In this document: positions 56,158-64,000 of the stretch, piece by piece
Layout of the letters: every line of letters starts with the position of its first letter
Position numbering within the stretch: the stretch's first letter is position 1
Virus record (IMG/VR): IMGVR_UViG_3300029822_000003
Coordinates: 29,172-93,171 of that record
Source of the DNA: a virus
Reading direction: 5' to 3' (one strand)
Length of the DNA stretch: 64,000 nt
Program-made: the position numbers and the translations under genes
The notes under the pieces: model-generated
Told to the model about the DNA's origin: nothing
What the model saw: the letters and a program-made list of their open reading frames with translations, nothing else
Databases searched by the model: none

Positions 56158-56772
56158 TTATCTTTTAATTTGAACAGGCTTTATTAAATCTTTATCTTTC
56201 CAACCATATCTAGCTCTAGCTAAAATAGTATGATAATTAATTCCACTAATCTTTGACCACTCTTTTAGACAATGTGTTTCTCCATTTATAGTAGCCATTC
56301 TATAAGCCTTGTATCTCTGCTTTGCGTGTAACCCAGTATGTTCCGCTCTCGTCATAAGTTTTAGATTTTCAAGTCTATTATCTGATCTTTTAAAATTTAT
56401 ATGATGAACAACTTCATCTTTCTTTAATTTTCTTCCTAAGTGCTTCTCCATTATATAAATGTGTTCTCTTACTGGATAACCATTGACGTATATCATCTTA
56501 TATCCGTTCTGCATATAAGCTTCGCTAAATTGTTGATGCTTTTTTAATCTTCCTTTGTAATAACATTCTCTTGAACAATATTTATTCATATGTTGCTTTC
56601 TAATATATGTTTTAAACTCTTTTCCACAAGTTTCGCATTTATAAGCTTGCATTTTGGATTTTTGATTATATCTAATTAATTTACATTCATTAGAACAACA
56701 TCTTTGCCCTTTTTTATAATCGCTTTTACTAACTGAAAACTGTTTTCCACACACAATACAATTAATTTTCAT
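56158..56772 (-). CDS. HNH homing endonuclease
   Basis: Zn-ribbon repeats; EH..IME..LGR.L...EVVHHIN..RSDNR.ENL. Confidence 0.85.
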   Translation of the reverse strand: MKINCIVCGKQFSVSKSDYKKGQRCCSNECKLIRYNQKSKMQAYKCETCGKEFKTYIRKQHMNKYCSRECYYKGRLKKHQQFSEAYMQNGYKMIYVNGYPVREHIYIMEKHLGRKLKKDEVVHHINFKRSDNRLENLKLMTRAEHTGLHAKQRYKAYRMATINGETHCLKEWSKISGINYHTILARARYGWKDKDLIKPVQIKR

Positions 56773-56783
56773 TTTTTCACCTC

Positions 56784-57359
56784 TTAAATTTCGGTTACTC
56801 TGGCACACCATAAATCGCTAAAATGTAGTAATAATTGTAATGGCGTTTCTTTACCATTTATTGAATATTTTAATTCTCCATATAAGGAATTGTGATATAA
56901 AATTGCGTGTTGTTCTTGTTCTGTTAATTCTATAAATTTTGCTGCAATCTGGATTGATCTTATTTCGTGAGGCACGTGTAAAAGTTCTTTGTTTGTTTCA
57001 TAAGGCTTGTTGTCTGAACGTTTCCCAGATTTAAGAATATTTTCTATATAATTAGGTTTTCCGAATTGCCCCATCTTTCCTAAGTCATGAAGTAGTGAAG
57101 TAATAATCACACTATTCAAAAAATCATATCCGTTTTCTGTAGCGTCCATATTTTCACCATATACTGCAAAAGTAAAATTAGTCATTGCTTTATAAACATT
57201 TAAGCTATGCTCTGCAAGTCCACCTTCTTTACATAAATGATATTGTCCACTACAAGGTGCTGTAAAAAATCCGTTTTCATCCATATATTCAATAAGTTCG
57301 TTTATTCCCTCTCTATCTGTGCTTTTCAAAAGTTCTATAATTTCATCTTCAATCATTTT
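56784..57359 (-). CDS. HD-domain phosphohydrolase
   Basis: FF.APCS..YH....GGL.EHS.NV; LLHDLGK; LLH..D. Confidence 0.85.
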   Translation of the reverse strand, partial: KMIEDEIIELLKSTDREGINELIEYMDENGFFTAPCSGQYHLCKEGGLAEHSLNVYKAMTNFTFAVYGENMDATENGYDFLNSVIITSLLHDLGKMGQFGKPNYIENILKSGKRSDNKPYETNKELLHVPHEIRSIQIAAKFIELTEQEQHAILYHNSLYGELKYSINGKETPLQLLLHFSDLWCARVTEI

Positions 57360-57885
57360 CATATCTCCTTTAATTTTCTGGCATTTCATAAACCGGGTCT
57401 ACATGTTCGTCCCAGTCTATACGACAAATGTGCTCTTGTATTTCGTCTAATACTTCAAGTGCTCTTTCCTCTGTTGCATATTCTCCTAAGAAATCTTGGT
57501 CTTTTATTTCGTTATCTACGCAACTGTTTAAATTGATTATTTGATATCTTTCCTTTGAAGCGTATAGTACTGAATTAATAGTAATTCTTTTAGCATCTAC
57601 TAAGATCATTTTGTCTTGGCTTCTAATCAACATAACATCAATCCTCCATTCCTTTTAAAATGCTGTCTATAAGCTTGTTTTGGCTCTTTGCTTTATCTGC
57701 AAATCCCTTGTAATACCCTTCTTCGTATCCAGAATTCTTGTCCATTTCTGAATATGATTTAATAGAAGTATCGTTGCTACTTTTAAGGCTTTTTAAAAAG
57801 CCTATAAGTTGAAACTTGTCCGCTCTATCCTTAGAAATATTTAATTCCATATTTAATCTCTCCTTTAATTTAAATTTAAAATGTG

Positions 57886-58110
57886 CTATAATTTTGATGA
57901 AATCTTTTGATATGTTTCTTGATATGCTTGTATTATTTTTTCATTTGGAAACCTTTCTTGAATTTTCCAGGCCAATGGAAATGAAGGAAGGCTTCTATTT
58001 TTTTCTATATTACACAAATAAGTTTGTGCGGTATTTAATTCCTCTGCTAGTTGCTTTTGCGTAATACCTTGTATATTTCTAGCAATTCTTACTGCTGTTC
58101 CGAATTCCAC
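57886..58110 (-). CDS. Cro-like HTH repressor
   Basis: R...GITQKQLA..L.....YL.NIE....PS; divergent from cI-like gene. Confidence 0.8.
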   Translation of the reverse strand: MEFGTAVRIARNIQGITQKQLAEELNTAQTYLCNIEKNRSLPSFPLAWKIQERFPNEKIIQAYQETYQKISSKL

Positions 58111-58135
58111 TTTTTCACTTCCTTTCCATACTCAT

Positions 58136-58271
58136 ATTATATTCTTATATAGAGTAAAATTCAAGTATACCGAGTGCCATTTACTCGATATATTTGCTAA
58201 AATAAGATATAGAGTGCAAATATATCACTAATGCTTATTGTTACAACCATTTAATAAACAATACTCCGTAT
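58136..58271. promoter_or_regulatory. Lysis-lysogeny switch with five ATA(T/C)NGAGT boxes
   Basis: TTGAAT-17-TATAAT (minus); boxes at 58147, 58167, 58183, 58207, 58263. Confidence 0.65.
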
Positions 58272-58368
58272 TTAACTTAAAATTTAGTGTTGCAGTATAA
58301 AAAGTTATGTTGTATAATAAACTATGTTAAATATAAATGAAAATTAAATTAAAAAGGAGATTATAAAG

Positions 58369-58782
58369 ATGAATATATGTTTTGGAAGCAGAGTAAAGGA
58401 ACAGAGAGAAAGATTAGGCTGGAGCATGGCAAGATTGGGTGAAGAAGCTGGCGTAAGCAGTGGATATGTAAGTGATATAGAGCATGGAAAAGTATCACCC
58501 AGCCTAGACAAGGCCGCAGTAATAGCAAACGCTCTGGATGTTACAGTAGGATGGCTTTTAAATGAAAAACCATATGTTAAAAGTAGTAAGACTATTAATG
58601 CAGAAATAGATGCTATACAGTCTTCTGATTTTATGTACAATATGTTTTTACAAAGAAATAAATTTCCAAATGGTATGACATATGGGGAAATGTGTAAAGA
58701 ATTAAAAGAGAAAAAAGAACTGGAAGTAATGTTAAATAAATTTAAAAAAGTGTTTAGTAAAAATACTAAAGACGGTGAATAG
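58369..58782 (+). CDS. cI-like XRE repressor (no peptidase domain)
   Basis: FG.RVKE.R...G.S...L....GVS.GY.SDIE.GK..PSL....IA.AL.VTV.WLL. Confidence 0.85.
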   Translation: MNICFGSRVKEQRERLGWSMARLGEEAGVSSGYVSDIEHGKVSPSLDKAAVIANALDVTVGWLLNEKPYVKSSKTINAEIDAIQSSDFMYNMFLQRNKFPNGMTYGEMCKELKEKKELEVMLNKFKKVFSKNTKDGE

Positions 58783-58810
58783 GGATAATACCTACACCGT
58801 CTTTTATTTT
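58771..58810 (+). terminator. Terminator between convergent cI-like and holin genes
   Basis: GACGGTG...CACCGTC followed by TTTTATTTT. Confidence 0.6.
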
Positions 58811-59441
58811 AGTTTGCTTTAACTGGTTCTACTATATTGTTTACATTTGCTTGCGTTTGTGCTGGTTGAGATTCTGAATTATTCGTTCCTTGTGTTGGAG
58901 TACTTTGCACTGGGTTTAAAGTATTTTGAACGGTATTTAAAGTTTGTTTTAATTGCTCGTTTTCTTGCTTTGTGCTTTCTAGTTTCTGCTGAATTTGCTG
59001 TATTTTATTATCCTTGTCGGCTTCACTCGCTGGTACATGGCCTAAGTCATTCACTGCTTCGTGTATAAAATCACCAATAAGTTTTTCTTGATTGGCCGTA
59101 GGTTCTACTTTAATTTCTTTAAGTGCCGCAAGTACAGTACTTTGAGCAAATTTAAACCTATCTTCATCTGTTTTTAAATCTCCTGCATGATAAAGTTGTT
59201 CTGCTGCTTTAACACCTGCCTTGGCTTTCTGCTCCATCCAGTCTATTAAAGAAGCTTCTTTTTTTAGTCCAGGCATTGTTTTGCCTATAGATATAAAAGG
59301 TTCTGATATGGTCAATCCTTTTTCTATTGTATTTAATGCTCCGTCTACATTAATATTTTTCTTCTTTAAATATGGAACTAAACCAAATATAGCTCCTATA
59401 ACACCTATCGCAACACCTATTATTGCTATAATATTATACAT
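58809..59441 (-). CDS. Holin-like protein (LL-H type) with Q/N-rich tail
   Basis: One N-terminal TM; V.AAEQLY; I...IHEAV; downstream of endolysin. Confidence 0.7.
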   Translation of the reverse strand: MYNIIAIIGVAIGVIGAIFGLVPYLKKKNINVDGALNTIEKGLTISEPFISIGKTMPGLKKEASLIDWMEQKAKAGVKAAEQLYHAGDLKTDEDRFKFAQSTVLAALKEIKVEPTANQEKLIGDFIHEAVNDLGHVPASEADKDNKIQQIQQKLESTKQENEQLKQTLNTVQNTLNPVQSTPTQGTNNSESQPAQTQANVNNIVEPVKAN

Positions 59442-59456
59442 ACATTGTCCATCTCC

Positions 59457-60374
59457 TTAATTATTTAATAGTATATTCCAAGTTTGTTCACCTAATATTC
59501 CATCCGTAGATTTTCCCCATTTTTTTTGAAGTTCAGTTATAGCTTGAAAAGTCGGCTCATCATAAACCATTGAAGTATAAGAATTCTTTTTTAAATATCC
59601 ATATCCTTCAAGTTTTTGTTGTATCCATAGTACTACATGAGACTTGTGTCCTTTAACAATAATATTTTGTATTCCCAGCAAAGCTTCCATGGTAGCGGTT
59701 CCTGCATCTCCATCTACAACTAGTCCTGCTTTATAATCTAAGTTTAAATCATATTGTAAGGATTTAATGCTTTCTATAAACTTATTGGGTTTTGCGGGTG
59801 TAACATCTCCTGTAAAAATATCATCTATAAAGTAATCTAAATCTACATAGCCTACAGCACCGTTCAATCTCCCTGTTTCTGAATATTGCCATGATGCCCT
59901 GTTTGGATATAAAGAAGGTTGTCTGCCATAACTAGCTATCCATAGCGGAACCTCTGGAATATTACCTTTAAGGTAATTATTGTAAAATGAATTTCCGGTA
60001 TATATTCCTATTTTGAAGCCTTGTGACTGTATGTATTTAATAAATGAATTAGCAAAATTAATGGCTTTGTTTTTACTCCATTTATCTTCTATTTCTATAT
60101 CAAGCCATAAAACAGTGTCACTTTTTAATCCTGCAATAGATTCTAAGAAATGTTTAGCTTCTCCAATTGGATTAGTTGAATTATATTGAGCGAAATGATA
60201 AAATCCTAATTTAAGTCCTGCTTCTCTAATTTTTGCATACCTATAATTTAGCAAGCTATCTACATGAGTTGTACCTTGGGTTGCTTTTTGAATAACTACT
60301 TCTATGCCATCTGTATTTTTTATAACGCTCCAATCTGAAATATTATTTCCTTCATAAATATCTATGCCTTTCAT
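59457..60374 (-). CDS. Endolysin, GH25 muramidase with PG-binding domains
   Basis: KGID, KATQG, G.YHF, LDIE, LWIA.Y, WQYS..G, VDLD; DG..G..T repeats. Confidence 0.93.
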   Translation of the reverse strand: MKGIDIYEGNNISDWSVIKNTDGIEVVIQKATQGTTHVDSLLNYRYAKIREAGLKLGFYHFAQYNSTNPIGEAKHFLESIAGLKSDTVLWLDIEIEDKWSKNKAINFANSFIKYIQSQGFKIGIYTGNSFYNNYLKGNIPEVPLWIASYGRQPSLYPNRASWQYSETGRLNGAVGYVDLDYFIDDIFTGDVTPAKPNKFIESIKSLQYDLNLDYKAGLVVDGDAGTATMEALLGIQNIIVKGHKSHVVLWIQQKLEGYGYLKKNSYTSMVYDEPTFQAITELQKKWGKSTDGILGEQTWNILLNN

Positions 60375-60706
60375 TATTTCACCTTCTCTTTTAAATAACT
60401 TATATCTGCTTGCATAACTGGTATAACTTGCATATTTTTACTTATTTCTTTTAAACTTTCTGTGTTTTCCTGTAAACTAGTAGTACATTTATCAATTTGG
60501 TTCATAAGTTTTTCTTCTCTGGCCTTACCTTCATCTTGTACTTTATTTACCAATGCTTGATATTTTTCAGCATCTTGTTTATGACTTTCTCTATCCTTTT
60601 CACGTTCTTTGGCGTTGCTATCAAAAAATCCTTTAAGGACAAATATAAGGATTACCGAAACAATAACTATAGGAGAACCTTTGCTAATTGCTGATATAAA
60701 ATCCAT
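60374..60706 (-). CDS. BhlA/UviB-like holin
   Basis: Single TM then REEKLM coiled coil; directly upstream of endolysin. Confidence 0.65.
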   Translation of the reverse strand: MDFISAISKGSPIVIVSVILIFVLKGFFDSNAKEREKDRESHKQDAEKYQALVNKVQDEGKAREEKLMNQIDKCTTSLQENTESLKEISKNMQVIPVMQADISYLKEKVK

Positions 60707-61039
60707 TCATTCCACCACCACCTTATCTTTTATAGTTTCATATACTTTGCCACCAACTACGTTTAAAAGTTGAGAAATGTTTGTATATGGTCTATGCTGA
60801 ATTATTTTCTTTGCTTTTACTTCTCCTATTCCTGGAAGAGATTCTAATTCTTTTTGAGTTGCTGTATTTAAGTTTATTTTACTTTCTAAGTTTGAAGAAG
60901 TGTTTATATTTACGTTCTGATTTTGATTAATAGAATTTTTAGGAGATTTTATAGTATCGAAAAATTGCCCCAAAATTATTCCAAGGAGGATGGCTATTAT
61001 CACTATTAAAAGTATAAAAATTATGTTTTTCTTTTTCAT
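60707..61039 (-). CDS. ComEA-like membrane-anchored helix-hairpin-helix protein
   Basis: N-terminal TM; KINLNTAT..ELESLPGIG..KA.KII..RPY. Confidence 0.85.
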   Translation of the reverse strand: MKKKNIIFILLIVIIAILLGIILGQFFDTIKSPKNSINQNQNVNINTSSNLESKINLNTATQKELESLPGIGEVKAKKIIQHRPYTNISQLLNVVGGKVYETIKDKVVVE

Positions 61040-61195
61040 AACACGCCCCCCTTATATTTCTAATTTAAGTATACTTTTTTTGTAAATTTATTGCAGATTT
61101 TACCTTTTGTTTAGATAGAAAAGAGCGGATGTAATTGGGAGTTGTTCCTTTTCTGTATTATTTTTAAGAGTGTTATTTTTAAAGTGTTAATTATC

Positions 61196-61283
61196 TATGT
61201 TCATTCAGTGAACTAGGTATGTTCATTAAATGAACTAGGGTATGTTCATTCAGTGAACTAGATAGTTCATTCAGTGAACTAGG
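61196..61283. repeat. Four 21-23 bp iterons (putative replication origin)
   Basis: TATGTTCATTCAGTGAACTAGG x4 with internal palindrome GTTCA-N5-TGAAC, next to AT-rich repeats. Confidence 0.8.
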
Positions 61284-61330
61284 TATCAAAAACGATAAAT
61301 TTACTATAAAATAAAAAAGAGTAGGAAAAA

Positions 61331-61801
61331 CTACTCTTTAAAATATTTACACGGAGTATTAAGCAATTGTTTTCTGGTATCTGTATCTTTGTACTTACTT
61401 TCAAAGTATTTTTCTACTTCCCTAAATTTTATATTGTTCTTTTCAAAATGTTTTAAAACTAAATCTATATTTTTCAAGCTTAACATATAGTAGTTGCTTA
61501 TCTTTTTATGCGTAGCTGGGTCTGCTCTATTAATTCTTTCAAGCCATTTTAACCATATAAAAAAATCAATACATTTCATAATAGTTGCCCTTGAAGTACT
61601 TCCTATGTTATTCATTAATTTCTTATAGCTTGGAAATGCTGGTTTCTTTCCAGCTCCTGCATATCTCCGTAACATTAATAAAAACAATTTTTTATTTGCA
61701 CTTAGTCCCTCAATATCAAATATATAATTTTCTATAATGGTATAAGGTATCTCTTCATCGACTTCAATTCCTATTTTTTCAAGTTCTAAAGAATTACTCA
61801 T
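61331..61801 (-). CDS. HTH_36-type replication initiator
   Basis: YTIIEN.I....GLS...KL....L.RYA......AFPSY..L....G..SR.TI.K.I....SN.Y.L; start MSNSL after AAGGAG. Confidence 0.75.
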   Translation of the reverse strand: MSNSLELEKIGIEVDEEIPYTIIENYIFDIEGLSANKKLFLLMLRRYAGAGKKPAFPSYKKLMNNIGSTSRATIMKCIDFFIWLKWLERINRADPATHKKISNYYMLSLKNIDLVLKHFEKNNIKFREVEKYFESKYKDTDTRKQLLNTPCKYFKE

Positions 61802-62022
61802 TTTATCTCCTTCCTTTTTATTTAAAGTAAAGGGAATAAATATCTGTTGATTGAATAATATAATTGGTGTAAAATATAAGTAACTTAATAGACATTTATT
61901 CTTTGCCTTGTTATGTTGCAAGTCCGTCAAAACTTATAGCAACTTGCAAGGTTTTTACTTTATAAAATAATAAAAGCTTCCATACTAGGAAGCTAATTTC
62001 TTACTTATTTTTGATATAATTA

Positions 62023-62136
62023 TTGACTATAAAAATATAATATACTATAATTACTTATATCAAAAGAAAAACAAGGAATCAATTTCCTAGCACCCGTTGA
62101 GTATTAAGTTTGCCGACTGTCACTCAACGGGTTTTG
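62023..62136 (+). ncRNA. Putative small RNA with consensus promoter and terminator
   Basis: TTGACT-17-TATAAT at 62023-62051; hairpin ACCCGTTGAGT...ACTCAACGGGT-TTT; no ORF. Confidence 0.55.
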
Positions 62137-62523
62137 ATTTTATATTTAAATTTTCGATTGCTTTTATAACTTATGTATTTATTTTATATTAAAATAGAAT
62201 ATTTTGCAATATAGATTTGTGGATAACCTTAGAAATTTTAAAGGCTATCCACAAATCTTATTTAATTGAAGAAAGTAAGATAAAACTTAGCTTTTTATTT
62301 TATTTGGTTTATTTACATATTTTGTAATAAGTTATGCTTCCAGTTTAAATTTTTACTCTGTATGTTGAATAAGTTAAACTACTATCGAAACTTTTTACTC
62401 TATATATATTGACAACGCTCTTTGATTGATTTATAATAAAATAAATATGCACAAATATGCACAAAAGTATTGACAATAGGAATATTATGTTATAAAATAG
62501 TATATGAAAGGAAGATAACTTAT

Positions 62524-62700
62524 ATGGAAAAGGAAATTTTAAATGTTGATGAAGCTTGCGAATTACTAAGCATTTCAAGGCGAAAATTATATAAATTAAA
62601 GAAGGAGGGACTACCATATATAAAATTAGGAGGTTCAATTAGATTTGACAAAGAAAAAGTTTTGGAATGGGTTAGACAATTTGAAGTTTCAGACAAATAA
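62524..62700 (+). CDS. Excisionase-like HTH_17 protein
   Basis: ILNVDEACELL.ISRR.LYKL..EGLP..KLG..IRF.K..V.EW. Confidence 0.8.
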   Translation: MEKEILNVDEACELLSISRRKLYKLKKEGLPYIKLGGSIRFDKEKVLEWVRQFEVSDK

Positions 62701-62826
62701 AAATAGCCCACTCTTTAAAGTAGACTATAGCTTCCTTTACAGAAGCAGGGACTATACTATTACTAATCTTCCAACTAAAATTAGTGTAGCATAATTCCTG
62801 TGAAAAATCAACACAGGAGTGATAAA

Positions 62827-63705
62827 ATGAGTAAAAACTTAATACCAGTAACTTATAATAATGAAAGAATACTTACCACAAAGCAATTAGCAGAAATCTA
62901 TGAAACTACAGAAGGAAATATATCTAATAATTTTAATAACAATAAAGAACGTTTCCAAGAAAAGAAACATTTCTATTTTCTTAAAGGTGAAGAGCTAAAA
63001 CAATTTTTGCAATCCTACGAGATAGGAGTACAAAATTCATCAAAAGTAAGAAGCCTTTATCTCTGGACAAAGCGTGGAGCAAGCCGTCATTGCAAGATTT
63101 TAGATACTGATATGGCATGGGAGCAATTTGACAACCTAGAGGAAAATTATTTCAATCCAAAACAAGAAAGAGTAAAGCTTTCAAAAGAGTTACAGGCAAT
63201 ATTTGTACTTGATGAAAGGACGCAGAAAATAGAAACTAAAGTTAATACCCTAGAAGACAATGTGAAAGATATCAAGGAGAATAGTCCTCTATATAACGTA
63301 GAGTGTGACGAGCTTCAAGGCGTTGTAAGGAAAGTGGGTATAAAAGCATTGGGTGGCTATGGAACGCCAGCTTATAAGAACAATTCTTTACGTCAAAAAG
63401 TATACAGAGATATACAAAATCAGCTTAGAAGGGAATTTGGAGTAAAGAAGTACAAGGCTATAAAAAGATGTCAATTAGCTACAGCAAAAGAAATTGTAGA
63501 AAACTACAAAATACCTACAGTTTTTCAAGATGAAGTTGTACTGGCTAATAATCAAGTTAAGTTTAACCTGCTCTTGTGCAAAATTCTCCCATCCTCTATA
63601 GGTGGGAGATGGATAGCACTTGTCGGTAGGCAACATATTACTTATTATACTTTTTTAGTATTAATTCAATTGCTTCATCAAGTAGCCTTGACTGCGGTAT
63701 TCTAG
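62827..63705 (+). CDS. ORF6N/ORF6C antirepressor-like protein; last 46 or so aa derive from IS DNA
   Basis: Paralog of 16736-17446; similarity ends at NNQVKFN. Confidence 0.85.
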   Translation: MSKNLIPVTYNNERILTTKQLAEIYETTEGNISNNFNNNKERFQEKKHFYFLKGEELKQFLQSYEIGVQNSSKVRSLYLWTKRGASRHCKILDTDMAWEQFDNLEENYFNPKQERVKLSKELQAIFVLDERTQKIETKVNTLEDNVKDIKENSPLYNVECDELQGVVRKVGIKALGGYGTPAYKNNSLRQKVYRDIQNQLRREFGVKKYKAIKRCQLATAKEIVENYKIPTVFQDEVVLANNQVKFNLLLCKILPSSIGGRWIALVGRQHITYYTFLVLIQLLHQVALTAVF

Positions 63706-63790
63706 TTTCTTTTGAAAGCTCTTTAAATTTTTTCAATAATTCAATATCAATTGAGTTAGTATAACGTTCTCTGCTTTTTAAGCTACTCAT
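63638..63790 (-). CDS. Ribbon-helix-helix protein (50 aa) inside IS
   Basis: MSSLKSRERYTNSIDIELLKKFKELSKETRIPQSRLLDEAIELILKKYNK. Confidence 0.8.
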   Translation of the reverse strand: MSSLKSRERYTNSIDIELLKKFKELSKETRIPQSRLLDEAIELILKKYNK

Positions 63791-63887
63791 AATATCACCT
63801 CAAAAACATTATACAATATACTTAATATTATTGCAAGTTGCGTAACTTTATGGTATAATAGTATTAGAAAGTGAGGTGAGAATATTT

Positions 63888-64000
63888 ATGCTAAAAGCTT
63901 ATAAATATAGGATTTATCCAAACAAAGAACAAAGAATTTATTTTGCTAAAACTTTCGGATGCGTTAGGTTCGTTTATAATCAAATGCTAGCAGATAGAAT
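63888..64000 (+). CDS. tnpB: RNA-guided endonuclease TnpB, N-terminus (runs off window)
   Basis: MLKAYKYRIYPNKEQ..YFAKTFGCVRFVYN.ML; GAGGTGA RBS. Confidence 0.9.
   Translation, partial: MLKAYKYRIYPNKEQRIYFAKTFGCVRFVYNQMLADR

Larger units (their letters stand above)
63567..64000 (+). mobile_element. IS200/IS605-family element, left end (non-autonomous type)
   Basis: Starts after TTTAA; subterminal hairpin TCTCCCATCC-TCTATA-GGTGGGAGA; tnpB. Confidence 0.75.

Noticed and set aside
363-60694. Numerous plus-strand ORFs in the six-frame track
   Set aside because: They are antisense shadows of minus-strand genes (S/F/L/I-rich, no RBS). In this range only 36914-37126 and 58369-58782 are accepted.
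61196-61283. Palindromic repeats as a CRISPR array
   Set aside because: The repeats are contiguous with no spacers, no cas genes are present, and they lie next to an initiator gene, so they are better explained as iterons.

Overview
Part of a large, AT-rich temperate tailed-phage genome, probably from a Clostridium-like Firmicute host (inferred from the SpoIIID, RemA and GH25 homologs and sigma-A promoters). Almost all genes lie on the minus strand. Reading in that direction (right to left): the left end of an IS200/IS605-type element (tnpB plus a small RHH gene) that has extended an ORF6N antirepressor; a small HTH replication initiator with four palindromic iterons; a ComEA-like gene and the lysis genes (two holins, GH25 endolysin); a cI/cro switch; recombination and replication genes (HD protein, HNH, Sak/Rad52, SpoIIID, replisome organiser, Toprim primase-helicase); many small accessory ORFs; promoter-gene-terminator cassettes; terS and terL; about 18.6 kb of accessory DNA; methyltransferase, portal and MuF; about 5.6 kb of accessory DNA; then a beta-helix protein, prohead protease, HK97 capsid and neck genes. 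No integrase is in the window. The most striking feature is a roughly 2-kb, mostly non-coding transcription unit right after terL (about 30915-32950, minus strand). It holds tRNA-Tyr, an enlarged tRNA-like RNA and about 11 sequence-diverse 33-49 nt H-type pseudoknots that each end in CCA, several preceded by anti-Shine-Dalgarno tracts. All family assignments and RNA structures were made by eye; no database search or folding program was run.
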